A stretch of DNA of 37,137 nt from IMG/VR virus record IMGVR_UViG_2703718793_000014; one strand, given 5' to 3'. Position numbers and translations under genes: made by a program. How positions within the stretch are numbered: the stretch's first letter is position 1; each line of letters opens with the position of its first letter. This DNA comes from a virus. Its lineage: Duplodnaviria; Heunggongvirae; Uroviricota; Caudoviricetes. This document shows positions 35,177 to 37,137 of this stretch, piece after piece. The notes under the pieces are model-generated. The model ran no database searches and was not told the DNA's origin. It saw only the letters and a program-made list of their open reading frames with translations.

Positions 35177-35912
35177 GGTTTATCAGACTGACAATGCCAT
35201 GCTCTGTCGTGGGAATGCGCTGGAAATATTGCCGCTGATTGAGCCAGAAAGCATTGATGCCTTAATCACTGACCCGCCTTACAGTTCGGGGGCGACACAC
35301 AAGGCCGGACGCACCAACCAGGGCAGCCATGCAAAATATCTGAACGGCGAGAACCTTCACCGCTTTGATGGGTTCGCGGGTGAAAACATGGACGCCCGTT
35401 CGTGGGCTTACTGAACACAATTATGGATGGCACAGGCACACCGCGCAGTCAGGCCGGGCGGTTATGCCCTGGTATTTACTGACTGGCGACAACTACCAGC
35501 TTTAACCGATGCGTTTCAGGCCAGTGGCTTTACATGGCGCGGCATTATTGCGTGGAACAAAGGGAGGGGGTCACGAACACCACATACCGGGTATTTCCGG
35601 CATCAGTGCGAATACATCGTCTGGGGCAGCAAAGGCCATTTAGATAAATCGCCTTCGGGACCGTTCGACGGCTGCATGACGTTCCCGGTTATCCCGTCAA
35701 AGAAAATGCACCCGACCGGAAAACCAGAAGAACTAATGGCGGAACTGGTCAGGACTGTGAATAGTGGCGGAACAGTCCTTGATCCTTTTATGGGGTCAGG
35801 GACAACGGGTGTGGCTGCACTGAAAGCAGGACGCAAATTTATTGGTATAGAAACCAGTGATCATTATTTTGATGTAGCAACACAACGGCTCAAAACGGCG
35901 ATCGAACCATAA
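35121..35912 (+). pseudogene. Beta-class N6-adenine DNA methyltransferase interrupted by a single in-frame TGA (35412-35414)
   Basis: Motif IV ALITDPPYSSG in the upstream segment and motif I LDPFMGSGTTGVAA in the downstream segment are in the same reading frame, separated by one TGA; motif order IV then I indicates beta class. Start uncertain (35121 or internal ATG 35199). Confidence 0.6.
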
Positions 35913-35956
35913 GACAAAGCCCGCAATGTTGCGGGCTTACTCTACCTCTCGAAAAT

Positions 35957-35979
35957 GTGGTCACTGCGTGGACATACGC
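35957..35979. repeat. Putative attR core: GTGGTCACTGCGTGGACATACGC, imperfect direct repeat of 11-35
   Basis: 18 of 18 positions with one mismatch plus a 5-nt extension match the sequence at 11-35; lies after the last phage-associated gene and before a differently organised gene. Confidence 0.6.
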
Positions 35980-36141
35980 TGATACAAATCCTTTTATATC
36001 AATAAATTAAATCTTTGTTTTTTTCATCAACAAGGATTTTCACGTTTGTGTTACCTGTATGAGACGAGAGTTAACCAGACAAGTGTGCCATAATCTCGCG
36101 GCCAGGCATACTTGCGAAGATTTCAGGTATAAGGATACGTA

Positions 36142-37137
36142 ATGATACAACCTATTTCCGGCCCTCCTCCTGGGCAACCACCAGGTCAGGGAGATAACCT
36201 GCCGTCTGGCGCAGGCAATCAGCCTTTATCCAGTCAGCAACGTACTTCGCTGGAAAGCTTAATGACGAAAGTGACCTCACTGACGCAACAACAAAGAGCA
36301 GAACTGTGGGCGGGTATCAGGCACGATATTGGTCTGTCGGGAGATTCACCGCTGCTTTCGCATCACTTCCCTGCCGCTGAGCATAATCTGGCGCAACGTC
36401 TGTTGGCCGCGCAAAAAAGCCATTCTGCCCGCCAGCTTTTAGCGCAATTAGGGGAGTATTTACGTCTGGGGAATAATCGTCAGGCGGTCACGGATTATAT
36501 CCGTCATAACTTTGGTCAGACGCCGCTGAATCAGCTCTCACCGGAGCAATTAAAAACCATTCTCACCCTGTTGCAGGAAGGGAAGATGGTTATTCCGCAA
36601 CCACAGCAGCGCGAGGCGACCGACCGTCCTTTATTACCGGCGGAGCACAATGCGCTCAAACAGCTGGTGACCAAACTTGCGGCAGCAACGGGGGAACCCA
36701 GCAAACAGATCTGGCAATCGATGCTGGAACTTTCCGGGGTGAAAGATGGCGAGTTAATTCCAGCGAAACTGTTTAACCATCTGGTGACCTGGCTACAGGC
36801 GCGTCAGACGCTAAGCCAGCAAAATACGCCGACACTGGAATCACTACAGATGGCGCTAAAACAACCTTTAGATGCCAGTGAACTGGCGGCGTTATCGGCA
36901 TATATCCAGCAAAAATATGGCCTTTCTGCGCAATCATCGCTTTCTTCTGCCCAGGCCGAGGATATTCTTAACCAGCTTTATCAACGGCGGGTTAAAGGGA
37001 TTGAGCCGCGTGATATGCAACCGCTGCTTAATCCTTTTCCACCGATGATGGACACGTTGCAAAATATGGCAACGCGTCCCGCGCTGTGGATACTGTTAGT
37101 CGCGATTATCCTGATTCTGGTCTGGCTGGTTCGTTAA
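36142..37137 (+). CDS. Host (non-prophage) protein, Gln/Leu-rich with C-terminal transmembrane anchor; function not recognised
   Basis: 331 aa ORF beginning after the att repeat; Pro/Gly/Gln-rich N-terminus, two internally similar helical segments, and a hydrophobic C-terminal tail ALWILLVAIILILVWLV. Confidence 0.6.
   Translation: MIQPISGPPPGQPPGQGDNLPSGAGNQPLSSQQRTSLESLMTKVTSLTQQQRAELWAGIRHDIGLSGDSPLLSHHFPAAEHNLAQRLLAAQKSHSARQLLAQLGEYLRLGNNRQAVTDYIRHNFGQTPLNQLSPEQLKTILTLLQEGKMVIPQPQQREATDRPLLPAEHNALKQLVTKLAAATGEPSKQIWQSMLELSGVKDGELIPAKLFNHLVTWLQARQTLSQQNTPTLESLQMALKQPLDASELAALSAYIQQKYGLSAQSSLSSAQAEDILNQLYQRRVKGIEPRDMQPLLNPFPPMMDTLQNMATRPALWILLVAIILILVWLVR

Noticed and set aside
1-37137. CRISPR arrays, tRNA or rRNA genes, insertion sequences or transposases
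   Set aside because: No regularly spaced short repeats, no cloverleaf-like sequences near the att sites, and no transposase-like ORF or terminal inverted repeats were seen; the only mobile-element signal is the prophage itself.

Overview
The window is almost entirely one P2-like (Peduovirus-type) temperate prophage of an enterobacterial host, about 36 kb, bounded by an imperfect direct repeat (11-35 and 35957-35979) that I interpret as attL/attR. All calls are from reading the translations and DNA by eye; no searches were run. Left to right: integrase (-), C-type repressor (-) divergent from cox (+), a run of small early ORFs, the rolling-circle replication initiator A, then a cargo island where P2 carries tin/old that holds a ParM/ParR-like actin-type partition pair with upstream palindromic repeats. 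A putative cos region follows, then portal Q and terminase P (-), O-N-M-L capsid genes, X, holin, an M15-peptidase endolysin, Rz/Rz1-like spanins, R-S, baseplate V-W-J-I, tail fibre H with tandem repeats, a macro-domain protein with a tail-fibre-like His-rich C-terminus, and tail-fibre assembly G. An AT-rich hexapeptide-repeat acetyltransferase (-) sits in the Z/fun-equivalent position. The sheath/tube/E-E'/tape-measure/U block lies on the minus strand (inverted relative to the P2 order as I recall it), followed by D (+), an AT-rich PIN-like nuclease-domain cargo gene, and ogr. Between ogr and attR there is a Hok/Gef-like type I toxin and a Mu Com-like zinc finger overlapping a beta-class N6-adenine methyltransferase broken by one in-frame TGA. 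After attR a host gene begins. The most interesting candidates for undescribed biology are the PIN-like cargo gene, the macro-domain/tail-fibre hybrid, and the ParMR-like module.
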